64,000 nt of DNA, from positions 193,626,001-193,690,000 of the forward strand of contig OZ024741.1 in the NCBI GenBank assembly GCA_964016885.1. The letters run 5' to 3'. Position 1 is the first letter of the stretch. Each line of letters starts with the position of its first letter. The position numbers were made by a program, and so were the translations under genes. Source of the DNA: Eledone cirrhosa. Taxonomy: Eukaryota. Positions 59,544 to 64,000 of this stretch are shown here, piece after piece. Below the pieces are notes generated by a model. It was not told the origin of the DNA and did no database searches. It was given only the letters and a program-made list of their open reading frames with translations.

Positions 59544-61330
59544 TTTGTGTTTGGTCTGTGGTATTGTCTGGACAAAGATAAAGTAGAAGGACTTGGAATT
59601 TGAGGGACTTATTTGTTACACATATGTCCAAATGTTCACTAAGTGGTAGCTATCTTGTGGCAGGGTTTAGTAATGGTTAACAATGAATTGTCATTCTGTT
59701 TCTGGGGATGAGTTTGGTTTGCCCTATGTAATCTTTGTTACATCCTTTACATTTAATAGCATATATTAAATTGCTTGATGAACAGGTAAAATGATTTTTT
59801 TTTTAAATATTTGTTCTGATTTAAATGTACACAGTGTGTCTTCAATAAGGTTAATGCAAGTTCCACAATTAGGAAAGCCACACTTTTTGACTGTTGGTGT
59901 TGTGTTTGTGGTGGGTAATTTTGGTTTTCTTTTGCTTTTGATTATTTTAGGTGTTTCAAGTGCTTTCTCATTCTTGGGTCTTGTATCAATAATGGGGTGT
60001 TCTTGTGGATAATGTTGTATGCTTTTGTATTTCTTTGGATGTAACTGAAGTTATTTATTTTTTGTAATTCTTGAATATCTTTTGCTTTAGCACATTCTAT
60101 TGCATTGTCTATTAATAATTGTTTCTACTTTTGGCACAAGGTCAGCAATTATCCCAGTGCATTACTGGTACTTTATTTTATCGACCCCGTAAGGATGAAA
60201 GGCAAAGTTAACCTCGGCAGGATTTGAACTCAGACCATAAAGGGGCGTAACTCTATGCTGCAAAGCATGACGTCCGACCTTCTACCGATACTGCCAAAAT
60301 AATGATTGGTGCTGCCGCTCAAGTAGAATTCCTTTTAATTCTTAGAGTATTTTATTCTGATTTTCATAATTTGAGACAACTGTGCAAATTATTCTCACTA
60401 GAGTAGGTTGGTTGGTGGTGAAAGTCAATTTCAATATTTGTGTCATTTTTTATGATTAGAATATCCCAGAATGGCAGTTAGTCTTTACTATATTCCATTG
60501 TGAACTGGATATTATTATTGATGCTGTTAATTCAGTGGGTTTGTTGAATGTGTGTGCCCATAGGATAAGACAGTCATCCAAGTAACGTTTCCAGTTGTCT
60601 AGCAGATATTTGTGGAAGTTCAAGCCGTATTTTGATTTAGATTGTTCATATATCTGGACTTCCAGGTAGACCATGACTAAATTAATGTAAGTCAGAGCAA
60701 CTTTTGTACACATCAGTGATGAAATCTTTTTCTATTCTTTTGGAGATTACATTAAGAAATTTTTCAAGCCAGAATCCTATTACCTCTAGTCCAGATCATC
60801 TCTTACAGGGCTTGGTATGTATTTTAGAATTCGTTTCAGTAATATTCTATAAAATTACTGTGTGTTTCACAATTTGGATCTGCTACAATTGGTCTTAATT
60901 TAAGGCCATTGGGGTGTTCTATGCTTATACAGGCTAAAATTCATTCTTTACACACATCGTAAATCATTTTACCCTTGTAGATTTTGGGAAGTCCATAAAG
61001 AATCTTGGTTTTGCAATTAAAATGAGTTAAATAGTCACTTTTTTTTTTGTCAAGCCTTTTTGATGTTGGCTGACAAGTTTGTTTAACCTGGTCATCGTGT
61101 TTGATTGCTAGTAATTGTTTACTTTTTCATAATAGGTAGTGTTTTGTAGGAGAGGAGATATAGTATGTTTATAGTGTGCAAAATCCATAATGATGACACT
61201 TATCCCCTTCCTTAATTATGGTGTTGTTACTCTTTTTAATTCATGGATAATTTCCCATTCCTTTCAGCTGGTATTGTGTTTGGGTTTAAGGTGTAGTAAT
61301 TCATTGTATGGGAAAATTGATATGTAATCA
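59544..61330 (-). mobile_element. Decayed Penelope-like element (Neptune-like), interrupted by a SINE at 60115-60300
   Basis: FYGLPKIYK, TKVALTYINLVM, WKRYLDDC, KKCGFPNCGTC, NLIYAIKC.GC..DYIGQT motifs. Confidence 0.85.
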
Positions 61331-61599
61331 CAAAATTTGTCCAAATATAAATATATGAGTATTCTGCCTAGTCAAGACAGTACTTATAACTATCTCATAA
61401 TTTTATGTAGTGTTAATGTGAACATTTAATCCATACAGAGTGCCATCCATTTCTGTGATACAATAATCATCTCATATATGACTTTGAATATTCAAAGTAC
61501 AGAAAGAAATACAAAGCTGGCATATAGGACACACATTTCAAGCCTGGTGGTATGGATTTACCTTTATACCATCAAATAAGATGCACATTTAGGTTTGAT

Positions 61600-62875
61600 T
61601 TGTTCTCTTCTTTCATTGTTCATATATATATACACATTGTTCATGTATATATATACACATACAAACATACAAACACACAATGACCACAGACACATATGCA
61701 TACATACAACTACATATAAACACAACTGCGTGTGCAAGTTCATAAAATCAATATACTCTTCTCATACATATATGCACACAGATATATACAGACAAGTGAA
61801 TTAACTGCAAGGTGTATATGTGTGTGTGAGTGTATGAGTCTATGCATCATGTATATGTATGCATGTGTATGTGTGTATGTATATGTATGTGTATTTGTGT
61901 GTGAGTGTGTGTGCACATGTGTGTGTGTGTGTGTGCACATGTGTGTGTGTGTGTGTGTGAGTGCACATGTGTGTGTGTGTGTGTGAGTGTACATGTGTGT
62001 ATGTACATGTGTGAAGAAGGAGAAACAGGAAGTTGTCTGTAGGGAGTTGTTGTTTTCTTAATGTCAATCAAGAATATAATAGAGGGGGAAGGGGGAGGGG
62101 AGAAGCTTTGGTCACCACCACCACAACCACTATTACCACTTGAAGGGGGGGGTGGTCACCAGCACCAGCACCACCACCATCACTTCTCACTTTTTCACAG
62201 CTACTGGTTTAACTAGCTTTGTTTCTATTACCATAAATATTGATGATGATGATGATTATGGTAAAAAGGGGCGCTGCTGGTGATAATGACAATAATGATG
62301 ATGGCAATGATGGCGATCGTGACTGTAGTGGTAATTATAAAGACAAATTACAAAGAATGGGTTGGGTGTATTTTACATCCTGTGTCACAGAAACAACAAT
62401 TCACAGGAAAGAAACAAAAACAATAATAATAATTATAATTTCTTTTTTGTGACAAGAACTCATATATATACATTACAAGGATTTTTTTCAACACACTGAC
62501 ACGTATGTGTATATGTGTGTGCGTGTGTGTATGTGCATATGCATACATTCATATGTATGAGTGTATAAATATAAACGTGCAAACACACACACAGAAATAC
62601 ACACTCACAGACATAAATTCACACAAATACACGTACATTCACACAAACACACACACACACATATATTCACACAAAAGCACACATACATTCACACAAACAC
62701 ACACATACATTTACACAAACACACACATACAGAGACACTCACACACATACAGATACACTCACACACAAATGGAACGTCAGCCGCTGTTTTACTATAGTTT
62801 TTTCACCATCCTCTTTCTTCCTTTTACACACACATACATTCACACAAACACACACACATACACACATCGTGTGAC
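61600..62875. repeat. Compound (CA)/(TG)/(GAT) microsatellite-rich region
   Basis: Direct reading. Confidence 0.9.
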
Positions 62876-63072
62876 GGACGGACGAAAGTCGCTCAAATTT
62901 ATATATAGATATTATACATTTCAAGCACAGGCTATCACAATACATGTAAAGCTGGGCAAACAAAGTTATATAAAAACTAGTTGTTGTGCCAGGGGATAGA
63001 GGTGACTCTGTGGAAACATTTTTTGGAAATAATAATTGCAACTCTGTAAAAATATATTATTTGGAATACAAT

Positions 63073-63260
63073 GGCGGATTGGCAGTATCGGTAGAAGGTC
63101 AGACGCCATGCTTTGACGCATAGAGTTACGGCCCTTTCCATTCTGAGTTCAAATCCCGCCGAGGTTAACTTTGCCTTTCATCCTTACGGGGTCGATAAAA
63201 CAAAGTACCAGTAATGCACTGGGTAATTTACTGGCCTTGTGCCAAATGTAGAAACAATTA
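63073..63260 (+). mobile_element. Family A SINE with TSD
   Basis: Flanked by direct repeat attatttggaatacaatg. Confidence 0.88.
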
Positions 63261-63326
63261 TTTGGAATACAATGTTTATATTGAGTTGTGTGTGTGTCTG
63301 TGTGTATGTGTGTGTGTATGTGTTTG

Positions 63327-63359
<33 letters not shown>

Positions 63360-63541
63360 ATGAAACTAAAATATCACTGCACCTCACCACCCTTGCACAG
63401 CATTGCAATTAGAGCCTTCACAAATATATTATTTGGAATACAATGTTTATATTGAGTTGTGTGTGTGTGTATGTGTGTGTGTGTGTGTGTGTGTGCGTGT
63501 GTGTGCGCATGTGTGTGCGCATGTGTGTGTATGTGTTTGCA

Positions 63542-63584
<43 letters not shown>

Positions 63585-63648
63585 ATGAAACTAAAATATC
63601 ACTGCACCTCACCACCCTTGCACAGCATGCAATTAGAGCCTTCACAAT
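63257..63648. repeat. Tandem duplication of a 170-220 bp unit containing (TG)n
   Basis: attatttggaatacaatgtttatattgagtt..catgaaactaaaatatcactgcacctcacc..agagccttcacaa occurs twice. Confidence 0.9.
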
Positions 63649-63654
63649 CACTCC

Positions 63655-64000
63655 AAAATACTATTAAACATAGGTAGACCTGCATCTAGAAGATTGGCCC
63701 TACTCTTCAAAGCCAGAAAATACTTCAGCCTTTAACAAGTTCTGGCCCTCTACAATGTTCAGGTAAAACCCAGAATGGAATACTGCTTCCACATTTGGTG
63801 ACATTGCTAATGCCACCTATACACACATCCTAGATCATATCCAGAAAAAGGCTACTCATTTGATTGACATAAAGTCACTGACTGACACACTCCAGCCATT
63901 GGCTCATATTTCTACTGCTACTGCAACAGCCTATTCTCAGAGCTGGCTGATTTCATACCACCGCCATTCAGATTAGGTCTGACAGATTAAAATTTATAAC
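63655..64000 (+). mobile_element. CR1-group LINE RT C-terminal fragment
   Basis: LALLFKARKYF..LALYNVQVKPRMEYCFHIW..ILDHIQKKATHLI. Confidence 0.75.

Overview
AT-rich, microsatellite-dense animal genomic DNA; the repeat landscape suggests an octopus or other coleoid cephalopod (inference). The window holds the first 7 coding exons of the motile-cilia gene DRC7 (CCDC135) on the minus strand, 49851 down to 6085, continuing beyond the window start, with an RFX X-box-like site just upstream. An intact, intronless RMND1 ORF (35445-36641, +) is nested antisense in DRC7 intron 4. The rest is transposon-derived: RTE LINEs including one nearly intact copy, two decayed Penelope-like elements (PLEs), R4-, CRE- and CR1-like fragments, a deleted mariner, a MITE, Helitron pieces, tRNA-derived SINEs and minisatellites. 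The most striking unannotated signal is a set of short, sequence-unrelated, (TA)n-flanked elements, many of them fold-back palindromes. By eye, 8 loci carry 11 type I hammerhead ribozyme motifs; three palindromes have one hammerhead on each strand and five motifs lie in the sense of the DRC7 pre-mRNA. All calls are from manual reading; no database search or folding program was run.
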